A stretch of 64,000 bases of DNA from an uncultured Spirochaetales bacterium (GTDB taxonomy: Bacteria; Myxococcota_A; UBA9160; SMWR01), in the NCBI GenBank assembly GCA_964494795.1, contig CAZBSV010000078.1, forward strand, positions 7,713-71,712, given 5' to 3'. Shown piece by piece: positions 55,016 through 63,314 of this stretch. A model generated the notes under the pieces. It had not been told where the DNA came from, ran no database searches, and saw nothing but the letters and a program-made list of their open reading frames with translations. How positions within the stretch are numbered: position 1 is the first letter of the stretch; each line of letters opens with the position of its first letter. A program made the position numbers and the translations under genes.

Positions 55016-56566
55016 TCAGCGCGTCACTTCGGTGGGTTGCCCTTCGGGCATTCTTCCCGCTAACGCGGGGGCATCGAGGAGTTCGCGGCGAACGAGTCGA
55101 CCAGCCTCGTAATGGGAGACGACTTCCAGGTGCCCATCGGTGTTTCGATCTTCTTCCCGCCGCACGAGCTGTTCGTTGCCGTCGTAATAGAAGATCTCGT
55201 CGGGTTCGCCGTCGCCGTTGGAGTCGCGCTCCTCGCGAACGCGCCGCCCGTCTTCGAAGTACGAGATGGCGTCCCGAAATCCGTCGCCATTCGCGTCCTG
55301 CTCGTGCCGAGCAAGCGTGCCCTCGCGAAAGAAACTCCAGGTATCCACCGATCCATCGCGATCGGAGTCCGAACGCCGCCTGACGATGATCCCGTTTTCG
55401 TAATCCGCCCAAGAATCGACGGCGCCATCTCCATCACTGTCTTCTTCTACGCTGCTGGGCCGATGGGTGTTCAGGTCGAAGACGATCGTTCGATCGGCCC
55501 GGCCATCGAAATCTTCGTCGAGGATCTGCTTCGAGATCTCGCCGTTTTCGCGGAAGATCCACTGGTCGATGCGGTCGTCGTTGTTGCGATCGACGATTCC
55601 GCTCGCGGTCGGGTAGGCGTCTCTCGGATTCGGATTCGCGGTGGGGTAACTCTCCTTCGGCTCCGGATTCGCGATTGCACCGGCGAAGTTTTCCGTCGCG
55701 GGCGCGGAGGCGCGCGCCCCCCCGCTCCGAGGCATCTCGGGTGTACGCTGCAGCTCGCGCAATTCGTCCGCGATCGAGAGTGAATCCGTTCGCGTGGACC
55801 CCGACGGGGAGGGGGTGGTTGCCACGGACGGGCTTGCCGCGTCGCGTTGATCGAGCTGGCGCTCGAGGTCGTTGAGCATCGCGGTTTCGTAGCTCGCCTG
55901 CGGTTGCGCGGGCTGGGGCGAGCGCGAACCGGATTGCGTTTGCGGGAGTTGGGGATCGGGTCGGCTCGGAATCGCGGGCCCCGGCTCGGCTTCGCCCTCG
56001 ATCGCCTCTTTGACCAGCACGAAGGGCGCTGCGACCAGCATGAGCGGTGCCGTCAGGTACTTCACCACCAGCGGTTCTTTGCGGATGTCGACGTGTCGCG
56101 TCTCGTCGATTCGCGAACCGCCGAGAAACGAAATCTGATCGTCGGGCGCGGCGCCCGATTCCGCAGCCGAATACGTTTGGGGGGCGGGCGCGGCGCCCGG
56201 CGGAACAGTACCCGGGTTGTCGGGCGTGACCTGCCCCGGCGCCATTGCCTGGCCTTGCTGTGTGCCCGCTTGCTGGGATCCCGCTTGCTGTGAGCCCGCT
56301 TGCTGGGAGCCCGCCTGCTGTGATCCCGCCTGCTGTGATCCCGCCTGCTGGGAGCCCGAATTGGGCGACGAGTACTGGGTCTGCGGAACCGAGCCCGGCA
56401 TCGCTGGTGCGCTTTGTCCCGGATAGATGATGCCGGCCCGCGCGCCCGTGTTGACGATCGGCGTCCGGTCGAAGTCGCTGGTCGTGTTCTTGTGGGCCAT
56501 GCATCCCGCGATCGGCAGCGCGAAGAGAACGAGCAGCGAGGGGATTGCGATTTTCGACTTCAACAT
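55016..56566 (-). CDS. Lipoprotein with a (QQAGS)n low-complexity region and seven DxDxDG-type ~24-aa repeats
   Basis: Lipobox LPIAGC. The C-terminal half has repeats such as DSDGDGAVDSWADYENG, DSDRDGSVDTWSFFREG and DSNGDGEPDEIFYYDGN. Confidence 0.75.
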   Translation of the reverse strand: MLKSKIAIPSLLVLFALPIAGCMAHKNTTSDFDRTPIVNTGARAGIIYPGQSAPAMPGSVPQTQYSSPNSGSQQAGSQQAGSQQAGSQQAGSQQAGSQQAGTQQGQAMAPGQVTPDNPGTVPPGAAPAPQTYSAAESGAAPDDQISFLGGSRIDETRHVDIRKEPLVVKYLTAPLMLVAAPFVLVKEAIEGEAEPGPAIPSRPDPQLPQTQSGSRSPQPAQPQASYETAMLNDLERQLDQRDAASPSVATTPSPSGSTRTDSLSIADELRELQRTPEMPRSGGARASAPATENFAGAIANPEPKESYPTANPNPRDAYPTASGIVDRNNDDRIDQWIFRENGEISKQILDEDFDGRADRTIVFDLNTHRPSSVEEDSDGDGAVDSWADYENGIIVRRRSDSDRDGSVDTWSFFREGTLARHEQDANGDGFRDAISYFEDGRRVREERDSNGDGEPDEIFYYDGNEQLVRREEDRNTDGHLEVVSHYEAGRLVRRELLDAPALAGRMPEGQPTEVTR

Positions 56567-56887
56567 GGGTTCACCTCATCCGTAAGCACAATGATCCGAG
56601 GGAACTCGATGCAAGAATCGTGCACTGGAGCTGCTCGCATCCCGCGAATCCGGATAGAGCACGTTGAATCGGGAAGCTCCGGGCTTACTTGCCGGTGGAC
56701 GCGATTGCGGCGAACGCGCAACCCGTACGCAAGCTGGGTAATCCGATACCGTCGAAGCCCGTGATCGCGCTGGCCGCGTGCGACGCTCGTGCGCGACTGC
56801 CATTCGGCCGCCCGGCCGCCGGAGTTGCGTCTCCTCGGGGCGGCGGACGCGGTACTGTAGCATCGTGCGCAAGACTCGGGGTTTGCC

Positions 56888-57580
56888 GTGTGTGGCCGTT
56901 TCACGCTCAGCGCATCGCCCGCCGCGATTGCCGATCACTTCGGTCTCCAAGAGACCCCGCTACTCGAGCCGCGCTTCAACGTGGCACCCGGGCAGAAGAT
57001 CGCGACGATTTCGGCAGTGTCGGGCGACGCGCAGCATCCGGTATTCGGCTGGCGGCGTTGGGGACTGGTGCCTTCGTGGGCGAAGGATGAAAAGATCGGG
57101 AATCGCCTGATCAATGCGCGGTCCGAAACCGTCGCCGAGAAGCCCGCATTTCGAGCCGCGATCCGCTGTCGCCGGTGTCTGGTTCCGGCCGATGGATTCT
57201 ACGAGTGGGCGGGAAGCAAAGGTTCGAAGCAGCCGTATTTCATCGGACTCTCAGATCGCGCGCTGTTCGCGTTCGCGGGCCTTTGGGAGCGCTGGAGCGA
57301 TCCTGCCGGCGAGCCGCTCGAGAGCTGCACGCTACTCACCACGCAAGCCGCTGAAGCGCTCCGTGCGCTGCACGAGCGCATGCCGGTGATCGTCGACCGC
57401 GATGACTACGCGCTCTGGATGAATCCCGAACTCGAGGACCCCGATCGGCTCGCAGCCGTGATCGATCGAAACCTCGGTGCGGCGCTCGATTTCTTTCCCG
57501 TGAGCACGCACGTCAACGATGTTCGGCGCGATGATCCGCGTTGCCTCGAAGCGATCGCGAACGCGCCCGCTTTGTTCTGA
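56888..57580 (+). CDS. SOS-response-associated peptidase (SRAP/YedK, abasic-site processing)
   Basis: N-terminal MCGRF (catalytic Cys2), NVAPGQ, NARSET and PADGFYEW motifs. GTG start. Confidence 0.9.
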   Translation: MCGRFTLSASPAAIADHFGLQETPLLEPRFNVAPGQKIATISAVSGDAQHPVFGWRRWGLVPSWAKDEKIGNRLINARSETVAEKPAFRAAIRCRRCLVPADGFYEWAGSKGSKQPYFIGLSDRALFAFAGLWERWSDPAGEPLESCTLLTTQAAEALRALHERMPVIVDRDDYALWMNPELEDPDRLAAVIDRNLGAALDFFPVSTHVNDVRRDDPRCLEAIANAPALF

Positions 57581-57844
57581 GGCATGGCAGCGGCGTGATC
57601 GGGTTCGTGGTCCATGCGGCGATCGCCTGCATCGGCTCTCTGCTACCGGCATCCAGGACTCCCTCCGGTTCGTTCCTGGCGCCGCTTGGGAGCTGGCGCG
57701 CGGCGACGCCGGGAATCAGCGGGTCGCGGCAGCTAGGCGCTCCGGGTAAGCTCCGGCGGTCGCCGAGTCTCAGTCGGGCTTCGATTCAAATACAGCGCCT
57801 CGGCCGATCCGAAATCGAGGTGCCACACGAACTGGAGGAGTCCC

Positions 57845-58624
57845 ATGTCGCAAGAGAATCTGAAACTCACGATCGCGATTTCGTTGCTGGCGTTCGTCGC
57901 GACTGGCTGCGTGATGATCGAAGACGGAGAGGTCGGTGTTGCGAAGAGCTTCGGAAAGATCAACGACGAGCCGATCGGTCAGGGCATCTATTTTCGGATC
58001 CCGGTAATCCGGACCTACGAAACCTGGAACGTCAAGCTTCAAGAGCACAAGGAGACCGCTCAAGTACCGTCGTCCGAAGGCCTGATCATCGGCCTCGACA
58101 CATCGCTGCTCTTCAGGGTCATACCCGAGCTGGCTCCGAGCATTCGACAGACCGTGGGCGCAAATTACGTCGATCGCCTGATCGTCCCCTACTTTCGAAG
58201 TGCGTTGCGCGACGTGGTGAGCGGCTATCCCGTCAAGCAGGTGTACGCGGAAGAGGGTCGCAAGGCGATCGCGTCGGGGATCAAGAGCTATCTCGTGGAG
58301 AACCTCGGGCCGCTCGGCATTCTCATCGAGGACGTGTTGTTGCGGGACGTGAAACTCCCGGAACGGTTCAAGGAGAGCATCGAGGCCAAGCTCACCGCCG
58401 AGCAGCGCGTGCAGCAGAAGCAGTTCGAACTCGAGCAAGCCGTCAAGGATGCCGAGATCGAAGTCGCGCGAGCGCGAGGCGCCGCCGAGGCTCAGGAGAT
58501 CGTGCGCTCCACGCTATCGGATACCTACCTCAATTATTTGTGGATCAAGACGCTCAACGACCATCCGAACGTGATCTACGTGGCGACCGAGGCGAACCTG
58601 CCGATCTTGAAAGGTGTGAAGTAG
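57845..58624 (+). CDS. SPFH/Band-7 (prohibitin-like) membrane protein
   Basis: N-terminal TM/lipoprotein-like segment (LLAFVATGC), an SPFH core, and a coiled coil with AEQR...EAE. GGAGG upstream. Confidence 0.88.
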   Translation: MSQENLKLTIAISLLAFVATGCVMIEDGEVGVAKSFGKINDEPIGQGIYFRIPVIRTYETWNVKLQEHKETAQVPSSEGLIIGLDTSLLFRVIPELAPSIRQTVGANYVDRLIVPYFRSALRDVVSGYPVKQVYAEEGRKAIASGIKSYLVENLGPLGILIEDVLLRDVKLPERFKESIEAKLTAEQRVQQKQFELEQAVKDAEIEVARARGAAEAQEIVRSTLSDTYLNYLWIKTLNDHPNVIYVATEANLPILKGVK

Positions 58625-58936
58625 CTGGCGCTAGAGCATGTGAATTAGCCGGCGCGCGAATCGGAGTCCCCAAAGGGACGACGCCGTGGCGAATACTCGT
58701 TGCAGACGGAGAATCCTGCGTCGCACGCGATTTGGGCGCGCAGTTGCGCGTTAGAGAGGTTCCGTTCAAGTCCGCGGCGAGCCTCGCCGATAAAGCGTAG
58801 TGAAAAATCTACGGAGACAGGAGAGCGCTCCTGCTCCTCGAGAAGAGCAAACCCGGTGAGAGCCGGGGACGCAAAGCCAGTTGCCCAGACTCGGAGATTC
58901 CGAGACGGGTCGAACGGTTGCCGAAGGGAGTAACGA

Positions 58937-59560
58937 ATGACGACTCCGCGCCGCGCGATCGCGGCCTACTTCTTCATCGCAGTTTCCGGTCTTTCCTGTG
59001 GCGTCCAGCCTCCTGGGCGCGAGGATTCGGCTGCAGCGCTCGAGCCATTCTCATATGCGGCGTTCGAATCGAGCGAAGCCGCGGCCGCAGCCGCTCGGGC
59101 TCTTGCGGACTTCGAGATGGGATTGTTGCCCGAAGAGGTATCAGGGCTCGCGGTGGCAATCGCCGCCGAATCCCAGCGCGCCGATCTCCCGATCGAACTC
59201 GTGCTCGCGGTGATCCAGGTCGAGAGCGCAGGCGACAATTTCGCGGTTTCAGCCGTGGGCGCGATGGGGCTCATGCAGCTGATGCCGGCGACCGCCGAGG
59301 GCGTCGCGCGGCAGATCGGGCTGCGCTGGACGGGGCCCTCGATGCTATTCGACCCGGTCGTGAACGTCCGGCTGGGTGTCGCCTATCTCCAGAGGTTGGT
59401 CGATCGCTATGGCAGCGTCGCTACCGCGTTGGCGGCTTACAACTGGGGTCCCGGTCGAATCGCGGAGCGGTTGCGGCAGGGTGAGCCGATTCCCGCCAGC
59501 TACGCGCAGCGGGTATTGTCGATCTACGCCGAGTCGAATTCCGCGCTCGTTCAGATCTGA
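58937..59560 (+). CDS. Lytic transglycosylase (SLT domain), exported
   Basis: AVIQVESAGD (catalytic Glu), GLMQLMP, AYNWGPG motifs. AAGGGAG lies 8 nt upstream of the ATG. Confidence 0.88.
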   Translation: MTTPRRAIAAYFFIAVSGLSCGVQPPGREDSAAALEPFSYAAFESSEAAAAAARALADFEMGLLPEEVSGLAVAIAAESQRADLPIELVLAVIQVESAGDNFAVSAVGAMGLMQLMPATAEGVARQIGLRWTGPSMLFDPVVNVRLGVAYLQRLVDRYGSVATALAAYNWGPGRIAERLRQGEPIPASYAQRVLSIYAESNSALVQI

Positions 59561-59595
59561 CGCGGGTTGGCGCGGCGACGCGCGAGTGCGGTCGG

Positions 59596-60144
59596 TCAGC
59601 CTTCCGGGGCCACGATCACGCTGATCCGGGCGTCACCCTCCGTGCCTGTAACGACGACGGAGACCGTTCGGCTGTCCTTGGCCGCTTCGAGGGAGAGCAC
59701 ATTGCCGAACATGGTTTCCTCGCCGAGAATCCATCCGCTTTCCGCGAGGCTCGACTTGTAGAAGCCGAAGATCTCCATCTGCCCTCCGCTCGATTTGAAT
59801 GTGACGATGATGCCCTCGTCGGGAGACGACATCGACGCCATCGGCGTCGATCCCGGGAAGACGGGCACGTCGCCCGGATACTCATCCGGAATCTCGACGT
59901 GCTCGCCGATGCTGGCCTCGAATTGCTTGCCCGCTGGGCTCTTCGCCGTCAAATGCATCCCCTTGCCGTCCGGATCCATCCTCTCGACGATCTCATTTTG
60001 CACGCCCGGTGCGGCCTGCTGGGCGGGGGTCTCCGGTGCAACGGGCTCCTGGGAATCTGGGGTCGATTCCTCTGCACCACAGCCGCTCAGCACCACAGAT
60101 GTCGCGGCAGCGATGAGAAGCATCCGAAAGCTCGTCAACGGCAT
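59596..60144 (-). CDS. Hypothetical lipoprotein
   Basis: MPLTSFRMLLIAAATSVVLSGCGAEE (lipobox). Trimmed from track ORF 59596..60291. Confidence 0.6.
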   Translation of the reverse strand: MPLTSFRMLLIAAATSVVLSGCGAEESTPDSQEPVAPETPAQQAAPGVQNEIVERMDPDGKGMHLTAKSPAGKQFEASIGEHVEIPDEYPGDVPVFPGSTPMASMSSPDEGIIVTFKSSGGQMEIFGFYKSSLAESGWILGEETMFGNVLSLEAAKDSRTVSVVVTGTEGDARISVIVAPEG

Positions 60145-60336
60145 GGCAAGCAGCCCCCTCGTTTGATGGCGCCACATCCTACATCGGAGGTCGGATCTTG
60201 AGAAGGCCCCCGCGGTATCGAGCGGAGCTCGGAAATTTCGATTAGCAGCGCTTGGGGCGGCTGACGTATGCTCCGCCGCCTCCGGGTCCACTGAGATTCA
60301 AACCGAAGCCAGCCCCAATCCAAAGGAAGCCCTCGC

Positions 60337-61098
60337 ATGAACAGACCGTGGAATGTCCGAACGGCGCTGCACTTGATCCTGCCGGCGTCACTCAGCGTCA
60401 GCCTCGCCTGCATGGACCAGAGCGGCGGATCGTCCGTTGCTTCGGAAGCCCCGACGGATCAGGAGAAGGTCTGGTACGCGATCGGCGTGATGGCGGGCAC
60501 GGGACTCGCAGAATTCGAGCTCACGGAAGACGAGTATCGCTGGGTGTCTCGAGGCGTGGCCGATGCCGCGTTTCACCGCGATGTCCTGGCGAGCCCCGAG
60601 GACCACATGGACGAAGTGCAGAAGATCTACGGCGAGAGGACCGCGCGCGCGAACGCCGCAGAGGCCACGGCATCCGCCGCATTTCTCGAGCAGGAGGCTG
60701 CCGCGGAAGGTGCGGTCCGATCCGAATCCGGATTGATCATGCGGGAGATCGCGGCAGGCGACGGTCCGAGTCCCGTGCCGTCCGACACGGTGAAGGTTCA
60801 TTATCACGGAACGCTGCGCGACGGGACAGTCTTCGATAGCTCCGTCGATCGCGGCGTCCCCGCAGAATTTCCGCTCGACCGCGTGATTCCGTGCTGGACG
60901 GAAGCGGTGACGCAGATGAAGGTTGGCGGGAAGAGCCGCATTGCGTGTCCCGCATCGATCGCCTACGGCTCGCAAGGGATGGGCGAGATCCCCGGAGATG
61001 CAGCGCTCGCCTTCGACGTCGAATTGCTGGAAATCGTCGAAGTACCAGAAATCGCCGAAGTACCAGAAATCGCCGAATTGCCGGAAACCGTCGACTAG
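60337..61098 (+). CDS. FKBP-type peptidyl-prolyl cis-trans isomerase (FkpA-like, exported)
   Basis: VKVHYHGTLRDGTVFDSS...FPL..VIPCWTEA...AYG...IPGDAALAFDVELLEI. Lipoprotein-like N-terminus (SVSLAC). Confidence 0.9.
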   Translation: MNRPWNVRTALHLILPASLSVSLACMDQSGGSSVASEAPTDQEKVWYAIGVMAGTGLAEFELTEDEYRWVSRGVADAAFHRDVLASPEDHMDEVQKIYGERTARANAAEATASAAFLEQEAAAEGAVRSESGLIMREIAAGDGPSPVPSDTVKVHYHGTLRDGTVFDSSVDRGVPAEFPLDRVIPCWTEAVTQMKVGGKSRIACPASIAYGSQGMGEIPGDAALAFDVELLEIVEVPEIAEVPEIAELPETVD

Positions 61099-61154
61099 GG
61101 GGGATCGTCGACTAGGGGGGATCGTCGACCAGCGGATCCGCGGCGGCGCGAAGC

Positions 61155-63236
61155 TCAGGCGCAGCGCGATACCGCGCCCAGCAGGGGGGATGGCGTGCCG
61201 ACCGACGTGAGCCAGAGTTGGTGGATCGCGCGCGTCGCTCCGACGTGGAGTCGACGTTTCGAGGTAGCTGTATTCGGGAAATGGATATCGTCCACGTCCA
61301 CCAGGATCACGTAATCGAACTCGAGTCCCTTGACCTGTTCGATCTCCGTTACCTCGATGCCCGGCGCGAACGTAAACTCCTGATCTTCGACCCGACGCAC
61401 CTGAAGCAGATCATTTTTCGAGAGCCCCGCGTAGTAGAGGGCGCTCGTCTCGGGTGACGGCGTGAGGATCGCGACAGACGCCAACGGTTCATGGTTGGAA
61501 AGGCTCTGCAGCACGTCGGTGAGAAACGCCACACAACCCCCCCGATCGGTGAATCGGAACAACTCGACCGGCGGGCCGGAGCGCGTCGCCGTCGGCGGTT
61601 CGTCGTCCTCGATCAGTTCCCCCAGCAGCGACAGTGCGAACTCCAGGATCTGGCGCGTCGAGCGGTAGCTGATCCGCAGGGTTTCGACCGCTGCTCCGTG
61701 CAGGCCGAGGCTCTGCAGGAATTGGCTCCACGAAGTGAAGCCGCTGTTCTCGACGACGTGCTGTTGGGTGTCTCCCGCGAGTGTGATGCTCTGGTTGCGG
61801 TCGAGGCTTTCGAGCAGGACGTGGACCTCGATTGCCGAGAAATCCTGCACCTCGTCGATCGCGATATGGCGGTAACGAAGCGGTTGCCCACGCATCTCGC
61901 GCAGGGGGCCGACGCGCAGCTGCCAGGCGCGGAGCAATAGCGGATCGTCTTCGGCATCGAGTTCCGGGTGCGACTCCGAATCCCCATCGAGTCGCGCAAA
62001 GAGTTCCTCGTTGCGCCGTCGATTCCACTCGACGAATCGGTGAATTTCAGCAGTCGTGAACGCGCCGGGTGCGTGTTCGGCACAGACGTCGACGAGCAAC
62101 CTCTCCTGCGTGAGCGCACTCGCCCAATCGTCGATCGCCTGATTCGCAGTTTTTGGCGCGTTCACGCGGCGAACCTGTTCGCGCAGCGCGATCTCCATCA
62201 CCGGGTGGAGTTTCAGGCGTTGAACCAGGGCCGGAGAATCGCCGCGTATCGCGCGCGGCAGCTGCGGGAAGTGGCTACGCCTCTGCTCGGCCGACCAGCT
62301 GCAAAACGTCGAGATTCGAACGTTCTTCAGTCCGAGCGAAGGCAGAACGTGACTGACGTAATTCCGCAGCGCCGGCGAAAAAACCGTGACGAGCGTTTTC
62401 GGAGAATCCACTTCGGGGTCGTCGAACGCGAGGTAGGCAATTCGGTGGAGTGCGACCGTCGTCTTGCCCGAACCCGCCGCGCCTCGAATCGCGAGAAATC
62501 CCGTGGACGGGCGTGTGATGAGCTCGAACTGCTCGGCGTCGATCAGGCTGGTGATTTCCGGCAGGCGCTTATCGGCGCGGCTGATCCGGCCGCGGATGCC
62601 GAACTGCGGCGAGTCGCCTTCGGGTTCGCGCGCGCGAAGCGCGCTGGCCTCGCCTCCGGCGAGAGCGGGTTTCTCGCGCTCGATCCGGATCCAGCCGCTC
62701 GGCTGGGTCGCATCGCTCAGGAAGGCGCCCTCGGGGCTCTCCACCCGCGTCAGCGCGCCATCTCGAATCTGGACCGTTCGCCGCGCGAGTACGAGGCCGC
62801 TGTGAACGCGATCGCCCAGCGTCTCTTCGTAGGACTCGCCCTGCTGGTAGCGGTAGAAAATCTTCGAGATGGGAGCGTTGCGCCAATCGACGATGCGCAG
62901 GCCGTCTTCGATACACGTCGCTCGACCGAGGCATAGGTCCCGCTCGCGGCCGCTCTCCACGAGCCGCAGGTGGGCAAAGTACGGAGATCCAGGGTCGACT
63001 CGCGCGCTTCCGCGCGCCGAGCGGATCTGAGCCAGCAACGCGCTCTGTCGGTTCCACTGTTGCGTGAGTGCGGCCGAGTCCTTGTTGTCGCTGCCCGACA
63101 GGAGCTGTTCGCGGATGCTCTCGAGTTCCCGAACGATCGGAGCCTCATCGGGCTCTACCGGACCCTCGATCTCTTCGAGCAACGACGAGATGCGCAGCAG
63201 GAGTTCCAACTCCTCTGCGACGATCGGATTCGCCAA
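61155..63236 (-). CDS. UvrD-like helicase of the HelD/HelR (RNA-polymerase-associated) type
   Basis: N-terminal coiled coil, then YFAHLRL...CLGR...VDWRNPISKIFY. Walker A GAAGSGKTTVALHR. Late motifs QVKGLEFDYVILV and VGATRA. Confidence 0.8.
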   Translation of the reverse strand: MANPIVAEELELLLRISSLLEEIEGPVEPDEAPIVRELESIREQLLSGSDNKDSAALTQQWNRQSALLAQIRSARGSARVDPGSPYFAHLRLVESGRERDLCLGRATCIEDGLRIVDWRNAPISKIFYRYQQGESYEETLGDRVHSGLVLARRTVQIRDGALTRVESPEGAFLSDATQPSGWIRIEREKPALAGGEASALRAREPEGDSPQFGIRGRISRADKRLPEITSLIDAEQFELITRPSTGFLAIRGAAGSGKTTVALHRIAYLAFDDPEVDSPKTLVTVFSPALRNYVSHVLPSLGLKNVRISTFCSWSAEQRRSHFPQLPRAIRGDSPALVQRLKLHPVMEIALREQVRRVNAPKTANQAIDDWASALTQERLLVDVCAEHAPGAFTTAEIHRFVEWNRRRNEELFARLDGDSESHPELDAEDDPLLLRAWQLRVGPLREMRGQPLRYRHIAIDEVQDFSAIEVHVLLESLDRNQSITLAGDTQQHVVENSGFTSWSQFLQSLGLHGAAVETLRISYRSTRQILEFALSLLGELIEDDEPPTATRSGPPVELFRFTDRGGCVAFLTDVLQSLSNHEPLASVAILTPSPETSALYYAGLSKNDLLQVRRVEDQEFTFAPGIEVTEIEQVKGLEFDYVILVDVDDIHFPNTATSKRRLHVGATRAIHQLWLTSVGTPSPLLGAVSRCA

Positions 63237-63314
63237 AGAATCTCCTGCAACCGCTTCAATAAGATGCCACTGGGTTCATGCGAAAAACGGGGGTGAAGCT
63301 TACCATCTCCCGCG

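Noticed and set aside
56853-56872. A LexA/SOS box upstream of the SRAP (yedK-like) gene, prompted by TACTGT at 56853-56858.
   Set aside because: Only one half-site is present. The expected ACAG(TA) partner 8 nt downstream is absent (the sequence reads TACTGTAGCATCGTGCGC).
58625-58936. Naming the SLT leader as a ydaO/c-di-AMP riboswitch.
   Set aside because: By eye, the conserved 3' segment (CAGCUAACCUCGUA-like) and the ACGGGGA.CCA / GGGGUGAAUC pair in their expected order are not present. It is kept only as an unclassified structured leader pending a covariance-model scan.
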